NCBI GenBank assembly: GCA_964016885.1
Contig: OZ024752.1
Span: 13,578,001 to 13,642,000, forward strand
Direction: 5' to 3'
DNA: 64,000 nt
Source of the DNA: Eledone cirrhosa
Taxonomy: Eukaryota
The notes under the pieces are model-generated. The model ran no database searches. It saw only the letters and a program-made list of their open reading frames with translations, and was not told the origin of the DNA. This document shows positions 1-12,034 of the stretch, one piece after another (the stretch's first letter is position 1; each line of letters opens with the position of its first letter). The translations under genes were made by a program, and so were the position numbers.

Positions 1-275
1 GAGAGGAAGTGGGCAGAGAGACGAAGGGTGAGAAATGGAGGGGAAGGGAGAGGCAGAGAGAGGAAGGAAAAGGAAGGGAGTGGTAGAGAGAGAGGAAGGG
101 AGAAGTAGGGAGAGGAAGGGAGAGACAGAGAGAGTTAAGGAGAGGAAGGGAGAGACAGAGAGTTAGAGAGAGGAAGGGAGAGGAAGGGAGAAGCACAGGA
201 AGGGAGAGACAGAGAGGTAGAGAGAGGAAGGGAGAGACAGAGAGTTAGAGAGAGGAAGGGAGAGGAAAAGAAGAG
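1..275. repeat. Purine-rich GA/GGAA low-complexity tandem repeat
   Basis: Repeated units such as gagaggaagggagagacaga. Confidence 0.85.
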
Positions 276-762
276 ATGGTCAGACAAAAAAGAATCTAGA
301 AATATTTAAGTTGGTTAATTAAAGAACAAGAATAACTGAAAGAAAGAATAAATGAAAATAAGTTGTGAAACGAAGACAAAGGATAGAAAATAAGTTGAAA
401 ACATTCAGCACAATACCAGGGTGAAGTTAACAAATTGGGAGCAAATAGATGTTATTGTTAAGAGAGGGAAAATATGGCATTTTAGGAGGGATTTAGTGGA
501 TTACATGTGATAGGAAGTATGGAGTCACTGCCAAAAGTATAAGGATTAAGTTGGAGAGGTAGGGATAACTGCTTTTAAAATACACACAGGCACAAAACAA
601 TTGAATCTATTTATAAAGGGAGGTATATGGGGTTAAGGTAGTCAACTGACTACATTGGACAAATAGTATCAAAATGTTGAGGTTAAACAGGAATAAAGCC
701 AGGGCTGGATATAATGGGGGGATAAGGGGGCACTCCCCACACCCTGGGGGCCCTCTGCAGTA

Positions 763-831
<69 letters not shown>

Positions 832-832
<1 letters not shown>

Positions 833-922
833 GAAAAAAAGATGAAATCGAAAATGCAACTGGAGTCTTATTTTTTTAAAAAATAAGACTCCAGTTGCAT
901 TTTCGATTTCATCTTTTTTTCT
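832..922. repeat. Perfect ~44-bp-arm palindrome next to (TA)n
   Basis: agaaaaaaagatgaaatcgaaaatgcaactggagtcttattttt-tt-reverse complement. Confidence 0.9.
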
Positions 923-1004
923 TTATACTTTCACTCGAGTAGGACACCTCAGTTATTTTTCATTTTGTAAAAAAACCCTCACTTTCTAATATATATATAG
1001 GAAA

Positions 1005-1185
1005 ATGTTTAACCCCGACGGCAGAGCTCCAGCCGTTTCGACGGCTAGTTCTCTGCGAAATAGCTGTCGAAACGGCTTGAGCTCTGCCGTCGGGGTTAAA
1101 CCCTTTCCTATTACCCACTCTACTACCCAAAGTATTAAGTACTCTGGTACGTTATGGTCCACTTGGTTCCTTACTACACCTCCTT
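1005..1185 (+). mobile_element. Short fold-back element (Penelope pLTR-like), family shared with 3950-4150
   Basis: Hairpin 1008-1100, then tail tattacccactctactaccc..gtactctggt..gttatggtccac also present in reverse at 3960-4030; TA tracts on both sides. Confidence 0.55.
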
Positions 1186-1241
1186 CGTTATATATATATA
1201 TATATTGATATAGCGAAGTAAGTGTGGTAAGGAACCAGGTG

Positions 1242-1277
<36 letters not shown>

Positions 1278-1373
1278 GAGATACTGAGATAGAACTAAGA
1301 AAACCAAACAGAAAGAACGAATGGAATAACAACAACAACCAATCCCAAACAAACAATACTCACCGACAGGATA

Positions 1374-1424
<51 letters not shown>

Positions 1425-1548
1425 AATAAAAATGGCATAGGCATTACAATACAACAGTAGGAAACAACATAGTAGTACCACTGATAGACTATATATATAT
1501 TTGAATCATATAAATTACACAAGTATCAAAGTTATGTTCAAATCATTT

Positions 1549-1601
1549 AATCGCTAACAATTGTTTCTTCCAAACTTTAGTTTGGAATCATCGGAGCATT
1601 A
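1549..1601 (-). ncRNA. Type I hammerhead ribozyme-like motif (CCGAUGA core)
   Basis: Minus strand aatgct CCGATGA ttccaaac-taaa-gtttggaa GAAAC aatt GTT agcgatt: perfect 8-bp stem II, palindromic stem III, stem I gct/agc. Confidence 0.65.
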
Positions 1602-2818
1602 TCAATGTTTGTACATATAATTAACCTCCTATTCAACCGAACAATCATATAGATACATATATATTGATGTTGTGAACAACAGTTTAGTATTAACAGGGTG
1701 TAATGGATGCGACATATATTATACGAGAATTGTACAATAATTAAAATTAAATTTAAAAGCACAAGGTGGAATACATGCAACAGATAATACAAGAGAATAA
1801 TTAAAGAGGCATTGAGAAAGAAGTACATATTCAATCGAGTAGAGATTGTACATGCGTTAGTCATATATATGAGAAGGAAACAAGCAAATATATTAGGCAT
1901 ATATGAATACTGTATGGCAAGATATTACATAAAATACAAGCACTTTAAGTGAATATGTTAGTGTATTATGGAGGATGTAATGCGATGATAGTTTCTGTAT
2001 AGTTCAAATTTGTATGTATGTAGAATATGAAAGTTACTGATTTTCCATCCATTACATATGTTAAATTATATTTTAGTTAATGTTTGTATTGAATGTTTTT
2101 AGTTAGTTATAGTAATGGATTGTAACTTGGTCTTATTGTATTCATATTCATCGATTAGAGTTGTTCTACCGCGTGATTTTCCAACGGTTTAATATCCGGA
2201 TATTAAACTGTTGGAAAATCTTCCGGATATTAAACCGTTGGAAAATCACGCGGTAGAACAACTCTAATTGATGAATATGAATACAATAAGACCAAGTTAC
2301 AATCCATTACTATAACTAACTAAAAACATTCAATACAAACATTAACTAAAATATAATTTAACATATGTAATGGATGGAAAATCAGTAACTTTCATATTCT
2401 ACATACATACAAATTTGAACTATACAGAAACTATCATCGCATTACATCCTCCATAATACACTAACATATTCACTTAAGTGCTTGTATTTTATGTAATATC
2501 TTGCCATACAGTTTTCATATACGCCTAATACCTTTGCCTGTTTCCTTCTCATATATATGACTAACGAATGTGCAATCTCTACACGCTTGAATATGTACTT
2601 CTTTCTCAATGCCTCTTTAATTATTCTCTTGTATTATCTGTCACATGTATTCCACTCTGTGATTTTAATTTGAATTTGAATTATTGTACAATTCTCGTAT
2701 AATATATATCGCATCAATTAACCCTGCAAATACTAAACTGTTGTTCACAACATCAATATATATGTATCTATATGATTGTTCAGTTGAATAGGAGGTTAAT
2801 TATATGTACAAACATTGA

Positions 2819-2871
2819 TAATGTTCAGATGACTCCAAACTAAAGTTTGGAAGAAACAATTGTCAGCGATT
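2819..2871 (+). ncRNA. Type I hammerhead ribozyme-like motif (degenerate CAGAUGA core)
   Basis: aatgtt CAGATGA ctccaaac-taaa-gtttggaa GAAAC aatt GTC agcgatt. Confidence 0.6.
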
Positions 2872-3240
2872 AAATGATTTGAACATAACTTTGATACTTG
2901 TGTAATATATATTCCTGCTCTGTAAAACAACTGATGTTCTTACATTGAGCTATTTCTCTTACTGGTAATAAGGTAGTAATAAATTACTGACCTTTCCTGT
3001 TTATAGTTATTTATAGTATAGTATATACATAGCTATAAATAATATCATTATTATTATATATTTATATTTTTAACTGTTGGTCAGTCAATGATAAACATTG
3101 ATTGCCAGATAAATTAACTATGGAGATATAAAAGATACAGAAGCGAAAACCAACCCAAACCAAACAGTGAGTGTGTTCTGTTATTATTTCTGGCAATATT
3201 ATAACAATATGACCCTCCCCAAGTATAACAATATATATAA

Positions 3241-3517
3241 GGAGGCACGTGACTTAGTGGTTAAAGCATTGGCCTTGTGAGAGGACTAGGTTCCCTATCA
3301 TTCCACTGCAAAGTGGACGTGTAGGCGCCACAGAAAAAAGCACCCAGCACTCACTGTAAAGTGGACGTGTAGGCGCCACAGAAAAAAGCACCCAGCACTC
3401 ACTGTAAATGAGGTTGGTGTCAGGAAGGGCATCCAGCTGTAGAAATCAAGCCAGAATCAGTTCCTGTCCCACCCTTGCAAGCAGGGAAAAGTGGACGTAA
3501 AATGATGATGATGATGA
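3241..3517 (+). mobile_element. tRNA-headed SINE with RTE-like 3' tail, internally deleted
   Basis: A-box head, duplicated ~49-bp unit, tail cttgcaagcagggaaaag..(GAT)n; matches 55872-56210. Confidence 0.75.
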
Positions 3518-3949
3518 AATGACTTCTACAGGACTAGAACTGTTTCATTTGAGGGAAAAGTTCTAGTCCTGTAGAAGCCATTCTATATTAAATATTTATA
3601 CTCTGCTATTTATTGAGTGCTTTGTTTGCTGTGGTTACCCCCGATTGAACCCGGGATACACACACATATATATATCGACACTGTAAAGTGGTCGTGTAGG
3701 TTTCATGACAAAAAGCATGTAGTACACACTGTAAATGTGGTTGGGGGTTAGGAGGGGCATCCAGCTGCAGAAACCAAGATAAAATCAGTTCTCTATCCTG
3801 CTGACATAGATAGAAAGATATACATGTGTGTGTGTGTTCGTCCATGTCTGTATTTCCTATGTCCTGTAACATTCATTGGCAACTAAACCTGCAACCCCAC
3901 CAAGCATTGTTTGGTGAAGAGTGTCATTACTAGATATATATATATGTAA

Positions 3950-4150
3950 CAACCAAGAGAGTGTGGTAAGATACCAGGTGGACCATAACACACCAGAGTA
4001 CTCAATACTTGGGGTAGTAGAGTGGGTAATATGAAAAGATTCAGGATCCCGACAGCTGGGGTCCGGCCGTTTCGACAGATAGATCTGATTCGGGTCTACT
4101 TGTCGGAATGGCCGGAGCTCAGCCATCGGAGTCCTGAATATTTTCATATC
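3950..4150 (-). mobile_element. Short fold-back element, same family as 1005-1185
   Basis: Imperfect hairpin 4030-4149 plus shared ~75-bp tail ending at a TA tract. Confidence 0.55.
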
Positions 4151-4785
4151 ATCATCATCATCATCATCATCATTTTACATTCGCTTTTCCCTGCTTGCAA
4201 GGGTTGGATGGGTTCTATTCAGCACTCCACTTGTCACGGTCCCTCGTCATCTCGGTGAGTTTCAGCGATCTGAGGTCTGCTCTCACCACCTCCGCCCATG
4301 TTTTACGTGGTCTACTTCTACTGCGTATTCCTTCTACTGGGACTTCCTGGCACTTCTTCACCCAGCGGTCATCCTCCATGCGCATCACATGTCCATACCA
4401 TCTCAGCCTTCTCTCTGGCACACCACAACTTATCCCTCTTATACCCAGTTTCTTTCTCAACTCGTCTATGCTTGGTCGTTCACGCACATTGACATTGCAC
4501 ATCCAACAGAGCACACTTGCTTCATTTCTCTCCAACTGTCGCATATCCTCTGCAGTTGCTGCCCATGTCTCACTACCATGCAGCATCGCGCGTCTCACAC
4601 AGGCATCATATAACCGTCCTTTCTTATGCAGGGAGAAACCCATCTTTGTTAACAAAGGAAGCAGCTCCCTAAACTTCTCCCAACCCATCCTTATTCTAGA
4701 TACTATGGCCTTGGAACACCCCCTTCCCTAATCTGATCACCTAGGTACCAGGAGCTATCAATCACTTCTATAGAATCCACCTGCA
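4148..4785 (-). mobile_element. 5'-truncated RTE-clade LINE (RT C-terminal part)
   Basis: ORF 4215-4688: KKGRLYDACVRRAMLHGSETW, RRLRWYGHVMRM, RPRKTW; (GAT)n tail. Confidence 0.9.
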
Positions 4786-5106
4786 TTGGAAAAATGTGTC
4801 TATCACTGCGATAGTAATTAATAGTGGTCCGCGGGATTTAGAATTATGACTTTAGTGGTCCGTGAGGTCGGAAAGGTTGGCGACAGCTGTCTTATGAGAT
4901 GTAACCTCATGGGAGGCCAATTAAACCTGTATAGGTGTGGGTTGAAATCCAGTCTTTGCTAACAAATATTCTATATCCTGTTGATAGTATGTTTGCACAT
5001 CAAGACTAAATATATATATATACATTGTATATGGTTTCAAATATGTATGTATATGTATGTCAATGTGGAAAATAGTTCTAAAAGGTTGTTTGATTGATTA
5101 CAAACA

Positions 5107-5154
<48 letters not shown>

Positions 5155-5157
5155 GAT

Positions 5158-5388
5158 ACTAGACAACTCGTGACCCATTGGTTCACATTCACTGCAAAAT
5201 ATTTTTTAAAAATCATGTTCACTTAAAAATAATTTTTAATTAAAATATACACAGACATATATATAATGTGAAATGAAACTGGAAGGCCCATATATATATA
5301 TAAATGTGTGTGTTTGTATACATATATATATATACATACATATGTATGTGTGTGTTTATATATATATGTGGGTGTGTATACATATATA

Positions 5389-5420
<32 letters not shown>

Positions 5421-5795
5421 CGTGGGTGTATGTGATCTATAAACTTGGGCATAGACACACACACACACATATATATATATATATGCATATACACAACAAC
5501 ACCAGCAGCTCTCTCTCTTCCATTCTCCTTCTCTCTGCCTCTCTCTATATCTCTCTTTCAATCTACTCTCTCAGAACCACTATCTCTTTCTCTCTATCCT
5601 TCTCTCTCTCTGTTTATGAAGGTACCTAGAAAACCCCATATCTTGGGAACCGATTTACGCAAGACTTGTTTTATTCCATTTGTATTCCCATTTCAGGGGC
5701 AACTTCTTTTCAATGTATTTCCCCATTATGCGCCCTTTTGTTTTGGTTGTATTACATTACAGACAAGTAAGCAATCACAGACTTTTAGTATTATA
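5158..5795 (+). mobile_element. Non-autonomous Helitron/Helentron-like (HINE-type) element with internal microsatellites
   Basis: Begins ACTAG plus subterminal hairpin; colinear homologue in reverse at 18560-19194. Confidence 0.6.
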
Positions 5796-5803
5796 TATAT
5801 ATA

Positions 5804-5849
<46 letters not shown>

Positions 5850-6089
5850 AGGGATAACAAAATATGGTTATAGGTAATCCAGTTAGAGGTTGTGAATACT
5901 TCTTATTATGGATAGTTTTAGCGTACGGTGTTGTTTGTCTCAACAAGAGGTTTATGTAGATGAGTTTATGTAGATGACGAGTTTATGATTTCACTTATAT
6001 TCCTATGTAAGTTTATCTTGGAGTAATAAAATTTAAAAAAGTGAAGAATAACATGGTCGACAGTACAAAAAAAGGGGAATTTATTTACA

Positions 6090-6196
6090 GTCTCACAATT
6101 GTTTCACTGATTAAGTTGTCTAAAAATTGCTGAACACTAGAAGCAGTGCCACTCAATTTCAAATACGATGTTAGCTTAACCAGATCATCGGAGATA
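6090..6196 (-). ncRNA. Hammerhead-like motif in the Penelope 3' pLTR
   Basis: tct CCGATGA t ctggttaag..long loop..cttaatcag t GAAAC aatt GT(G) aga; the inverted copy at ~9590 reads GAAAC aatt GTC aga. Confidence 0.55.
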
Positions 6197-8460
6197 ACTG
6201 CTATATGACCGGTAATTTTACAAATTCAAATTACAGCATCATTAATAATATTAATAATAAAGATAGAGAGAGAAAAAAGAAGGAGAGATAAAGAAAAGAA
6301 AGAAGAAAAAGAAGAAGGAAAAGCAGAGAAAGATATAGAGAAAGGAGGAGAGAAAGAGGAGAGAAAGGGATAAAGGATAAATAAAGGTAGAGAAAAATAA
6401 AAATAAAGGGTAAATAGTATCAACAATAAATGAATAAATGAGTAAATGCTAATACATGAATAAATACAATAATAAATACAAATAAATAAATAAGTGTTAA
6501 TAAAGAAGTTACATTGTGGTTAAAATATAGAGATACGAAGGTATAAACATGATAATGTTAAATATATTTATGTTTGTATTGGTTATTTTAATAAATTAAT
6601 TATATAATTAATTAGTTGTAAGTTATATTAGAAGTGAAAATAATATGATAAGATAAAATACGATAAATGCCAGAGATGAAATAAATTTAGGGAGAGAAAT
6701 AGAAAGATAGAAAGTGAAAGATACAGATATATAAAATATGAATGTAAAATATAAGAGGGTGTGATGTTGGTTCATTGATAGATGATGACAATTATAATAA
6801 TGATGATGATAATAGGATATTATAATAGATCTAAGTGGTACAATTTGAGTTATGGAATAGATTGGATGAATTAAGCTGGTCTAAAGTTCTCAAATTTGGT
6901 CGCCGTTTTATGCCTAGAGAAAATAGTTCTTTCAATTTTACTGTTAAGTAGCATTTTGTTGTATTTTTAAATTTGGAAAAGCTCCATATTACAAAGACCA
7001 CAGTGGAACATGCCAATTCTATAGGCTATTGCCGTTGATAACTTCGTCCAGCTGATTTCATATTCCATGTTTGCATCGCTGAGTTGCCAGATTTTATTGG
7101 CGAGTGTTGTTGTATTCATGAGCTTCCTGTTATTCATAGAGTGTCTAACGACATACCACCTTTTCTTGAACTCCCCTGCTGTGGAACCTATGTAGTGCCA
7201 TGCTAAGCTGCCTGAATTTATAGTACATAGGTACACTATATTTGACTCCAGGCATCTATTTTGTAATGGCCATTTATCAGGTAGATGACAGTTACATTTA
7301 GATGCCTTCCTATGTGCCGGTTCCTCAATATGGTTTTGTATGTTGTTATGTATGGGCTGAGAATTGGGTTTGTTGATATATTGTGGTGATGTGTTCTGAC
7401 GTGTGTTTGGTTGTGATGATGTTATATGCTTCTGTTTTGTATTTGGTTTTATGGTACTTATTTGCGGGCTACTTGTATTATAAATTCTCTTATAGTTAAT
7501 TTTAAGTATGTGCGATTCTATGTTGTTGGCAGTGGAGTATGATAGTTTGATAGTTTTTCTATTAAAGATTTTATGGTATTTATGAATTTTAGGGAAGTGT
7601 TTGTCAACTAATTTGAAGAAAGTGTAAGGTAGTTTTGTTTTTATAGAGGAGTTAAATATTGGATTGAACCATAAGTACTTTCTATTTTTGCATCTTCTAT
7701 AGTTTCTAATGGTCTTTATATTAGTATTCTGTTCAATTAATTCTCGTGCTTGTTGCCAATTTCTGTGTTTAGTCCTAGATTTATTGCTTCTATTGGTGTG
7801 GATAGTGTTATTTCTATTAAGTGTGTTGTTATTTTTTGTATCTTGTATAAGTAAAGCTATGTTGTAGTAGTTAGCGTGTTCGTTAAAAATCTCTAGATTA
7901 GAAAATAGGCGCGAGATTCTAAGGAGTATACTATGTGCTATGGAGTTAATTATGGATCGAGGGTGATTAGAGTTATAATTAATGTAAGCTAAATTTTCAT
8001 TATTTTTATGGAAGGGTTATATTAGTTCCGTGTTTAGGTTAAGCGATGCATCTAAGAAGTTAGCTTTTTTAGAGTTGAGTTCAAAAGTGATGCTAAGGCC
8101 TAAATTATTAAAGAATTTTCTAATCCTTTTCCGTAATCTTTCTAAGTTTTGATTATTTAGATTTTTAGCTAAAAGTAATGTATCATCTCTATAATTCGTC
8201 CTTGTAGGTTATCAATGTAAGATAAGTGGTATATATATTCCGACAATGTCCGTAACTTGGGCTGAATCATTCGATCCCATAGTTATATCAAAGTTATTTT
8301 GTCTACTTTTTCTTTCCCAGTAACTATTGTCGAACCTAATGATTGTACTTCTAGCAGCTAGTATTATTTTAATTTCCTCTGGTGATAGGTCAGAGCTTTT
8401 GTGTGCAAAGGATAGTGCCTTATTTAGGGTTACTGGGGAAATAGAAGAGTAGTAGTCATT

Positions 8461-8640
8461 AATTGTTTCTACTTTTGGCACAAGGCCAGTAATTACCCAG
8501 TACATTACTGGTACTTTATTTTATTGACCCCGTAAGGATGAAAGGCAAAGTTAACCTTGACGGGATTTGAACTCAGACCGTAAAGGGACGTAACTATGCT
8601 CGAAAGCACGGCGTCCAACCCTCTACCGATACTGCCAATT
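8461..8640 (-). mobile_element. tRNA-derived SINE family A inserted in the Penelope RT
   Basis: A box TGGCAGTATCGG, B box GAGTTCAAATCC, core gcctttcatccttacggggtc; TCATTAAT on both sides. Confidence 0.9.
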
Positions 8641-9269
8641 CATTAATGTCAAATTGTATGTAGTCGGAAATTCTCTATTGTCTAATTTATTAAACCAATC
8701 TATTGCTTCATTAATGTTATCCCAGAGCTTAATTACTAGTTTTTCTTTAATTTGTGGTATTATTCTATCTAGTACAAACTTGCTAATTTTGCCTATATCT
8801 GATTTTGATGGACATATTAATCTAATAGTAGGGTCAGTTTCGAAGTTTCATTTATGACCCTTCAGATTAAACGTGGGTTTACAAGGGGTTATAGGTTCGG
8901 TTCTATCAGATATTTTAAGTTTTTTACTATGTTAAGTCCTTCCTTGTTAATGTTATTGAGTGTAGACTCTGTAGTTTTCTTGTATTTTTTATGTAATTCT
9001 CGGCGTTGTATGTATTAAAGCACATGGTGTATACGTTTGATGTTTTGTCTGCCTTCACTATAATACCGTTGGTGTTACGCAATTTTTTTAGTAGTGCATT
9101 AATGTTATTTTGCAGCTTGTTATGATGCTTCCGTTTTTTTAATTTAATTTCCTTTATCATGTTCATGAGGTCAAGTTCAAAGGCATCAAGTTGTGGGTCG
9201 TTCGGTGGATTTTTACAGGATCTGAACCCGTATTTTTCAATGGTAGACCCATCATTTCTATCATTATTA

Positions 9270-9432
9270 AGGGTCAGACATGCTTTCCAGCACAGTTACG
9301 TCCCTTTACGAACTGAGTTCAAATCCCGCCGAGGTTAACTTTGCTTTTCGTCCTTACAGGGTCGATAAAATAAAGTACCAGTAATGTACTGGGATAATTG
9401 CTGGCCTTGTGCCAAAAGAAGAAACAATTATT
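9270..9432 (+). mobile_element. SINE family A, 5' truncated, inside the Penelope element
   Basis: B box, core and aattgctggccttgtgcc tail. Confidence 0.85.
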
Positions 9433-9660
9433 ATTATGTCCTTTATCGTAATGATATGCTTTCCATCGGATTCTACGGATAAAGTCATTAGTTCTTTGTA
9501 TCATACCGAGCGTATATTCCTTGTTTGTAGGTATAGGTATGTTTTTTAAGGACATTCCTCTGTAGTGACTTTCCATAAGACAACTTAATCAGTGAAACAA
9601 TTGTCAGACTAAATAAATCCCTTTTTTGTACTGTTGACCATGTTATTCTTCACTTTTTTA

Positions 9661-9750
<90 letters not shown>

Positions 9751-9786
9751 TATTTTACTAGAACCGTTTCATTCATATGATGATTA

Positions 9787-10545
9787 ATTGTTTCTACTTT
9801 TGGCACAAGGCCAGCAATTACCCCAGTGCATTACTGGCACTTTATTTTATCAACTCCGTCAGGATGAAAGACAAAGTTAACCTTGGCAGTATTTGAACGC
9901 AGAAGCAAAGGGGCATAACTCTATGCTGCAAAGCATGCTGTCTAAATGATTGTTTTTATTTTTGGTACAAGGCCAGCAATTATCTCAGTGCATTACTGGT
10001 GCTTTATTTTATTGACTCCGTAAGGATGAAAGGTAAAGTTAACCTCGGCGGGATTTGAACTCAGATCGTAAAGGGCCATAACTCCATGCTGATGCAAAAA
10101 ATAGTGTCTAAATAATAACAATAAAAATATCTATGAATATATATTATTTATGTAAAGCTCGTAGGGCAGACCATCCATTGAATGGAGAGATGCTGTGCTC
10201 AATAGGACCTGTCCCATCCTTGCAAGCAGGGAAAAGCAGATGTAAAATGATGATGATAATGATGATGATGATTCAGGCAAAAAACAAAAAAAAACAAAAA
10301 AAAAACAATCTGAGAGCTTTAGGTAAAAGAAAATATAAAAACAACTAATAATTGTTTCTACTTTTGGCACAAGACCAGCAATTACCCAGTGCATTACTGG
10401 TACTTTATTTTTATCGACCCCATAAGGATGAAAGGCAAAGTTAACCTTGGCGGGATTTGAACTCAGATCATAAAGGGGCGTAACTCTATGCTGCAAAGCA
10501 TGGCGTCCGACCCTCTACCGATACTGCCAATCCAACACCCTCAAC
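9787..10545 (-). mobile_element. Three SINE family A copies (9787-9945, 9950-10092, 10350-10542) plus RTE tail fragment (10215-10271)
   Basis: Repeated ttgtttctacttttggcacaaggccagc..ggatgaaaggcaaagttaacc..atttgaactc. Confidence 0.88.
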
Positions 10546-11072
10546 TAATAATAGAATAAAACCATGTCTAGACAGGCTGACACCACCAAAATATTTGACC
10601 AGTAAGGTAAGGTTTATGAAAGGATGATAAACATCAGTTGAATATCAAAAGAGGCAGATGACTAACAAAAGGGCCAATGTTGTATGGACATAACACAATA
10701 ATTGACAGGATCACTGAATAGATTTTGATTAAAGGGGATTAAGGTTGGTTAAAGAAAAGGATCAGCAGGGTTTTAAATGACATGTTATCTTCTTACTTTA
10801 AACCATTCATCTTCATCCTCAAGCTACACAGGGGGTGAAGTGGGTTTAATTTTATTTCGTTTCATATGAATTTGGATTTCTAGGTTGTTTTTTTTAGGAA
10901 AGATGGTAATCACTTAAGTTTTCAAAAGGTATTGTATTTAATAATGTTTTAAAATGTATTTAGAGCTAAACCATGAGTGTTTGGGAAAGGTGTATTAACC
11001 TTTTAGCATTTACATTACTGTATATATACTATTGTATTTTCATGGTAAAGCCTTTACCATGAAAATACACTC

Positions 11073-11590
11073 ATAATATAATAAAGGGAGGAGTGCGGGA
11101 CTCTGTCCTGAATATATATTTTTTTATCCCGTTTATAAAATAAGTTGGATTAATTTGAATAAATAAGGAATGAATATTACATAATTTATCTACTAAATTT
11201 CGTAACTCTTGATTAAATATAAATAATTTTATTGCTTATTTAAAGATTTCTTTAAAATTTTCAAATGTCAATACTTCTGGTTAGCATCCGTTATATTATA
11301 ACACTTATTACATCGCTTATATAAACTTTCATATATTTCCTTTTTTGTTTTCATAAAATTTTGCCGTAATGCAGTTTATATATAATATTTTTTTTTAAAA
11401 TGTATCATGGATTACTTTACTGATTACAGAAGACATTGTAACACAGTCTCTCTTCAGTTTCTGTGCATGTTCTCAATTACGATTTTATTTGATGTATCAT
11501 ATCTACATGTATGTATATTTGCGTATAATATCAATATTCACACTACACATGCTAGCAGAAAACCACCCGAAGTGTGGTTTTTCTGCTAGT
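11073..11590 (+). mobile_element. Helitron-like non-autonomous element following a piggyBac-type MITE fragment (10995-11072)
   Basis: 3' hairpin aaaaccac-ccgaagt-gtggtttt followed by CTAG|T. Confidence 0.45.
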
Positions 11591-12034
11591 ATATATAATA
11601 ATGCCTTTGCCATTTTGTCTGTGGGGCACAGGTGAGGCACTGTTCAGACTGGGGTAGCCTGTCCCTCACCCCTCTTTCTTTTTTTCATTGTTTGATCATT
11701 TTCTTTTCTCCCCCCCCCCTCCAATAGTGTGTGTGTGTGTGATCATGGTCGTGATGGTGATGGTGATGATGATGAATAATCTTTATATAATTGTTTCTAC
11801 TTTTGGCACAAGGCCAGCAATTATCCCAGTGTATTACTGGAATTTTGTCAATGGTTTTTCATGATATTGTGAGATTTTGTATATTGAATATATTTGTCTT
11901 TATGTTTAGTTTTTGTCAGCCAAAAAAAAGACAAGAAAGTGTTTCAAACAATTTGTCCATTAGTAAATATATTACAAACATTTGAATTTACAAACTTATT
12001 TTTAGATATTTTTGTGATATTACAGCATGTTAGT

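Larger units (their letters stand above)
1514..2906. repeat. 1.4-kb inverted repeat (arms ~690 bp), each arm carrying a hammerhead-like motif
   Basis: 1514-2200 is the reverse complement of 2222-2906; apex carries a ~26-bp tandem duplication. Confidence 0.95.
6831..9576 (-). pseudogene. Disrupted Penelope-like RT/GIY-YIG ORF
   Basis: ORF fragments 9319-9576, 8927-9166, 8212-8505, 6967-7236, 6831-7016; frameshifts, stops and two SINE insertions. Confidence 0.88.
6030..9663 (-). mobile_element. Decayed Penelope-like retroelement (RT + C-terminal GIY-YIG) with inverted pLTR end
   Basis: SLKNIPIP..RRIRWKA, IVKADKT, FDIxDYYSSI, FDITMGSNDSAQ, YRDD, CNC..PL..C, IVYLC..HYIGST..FKKRW; 6030-6121 inverted at 9579-9663. 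Confidence 0.9.
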
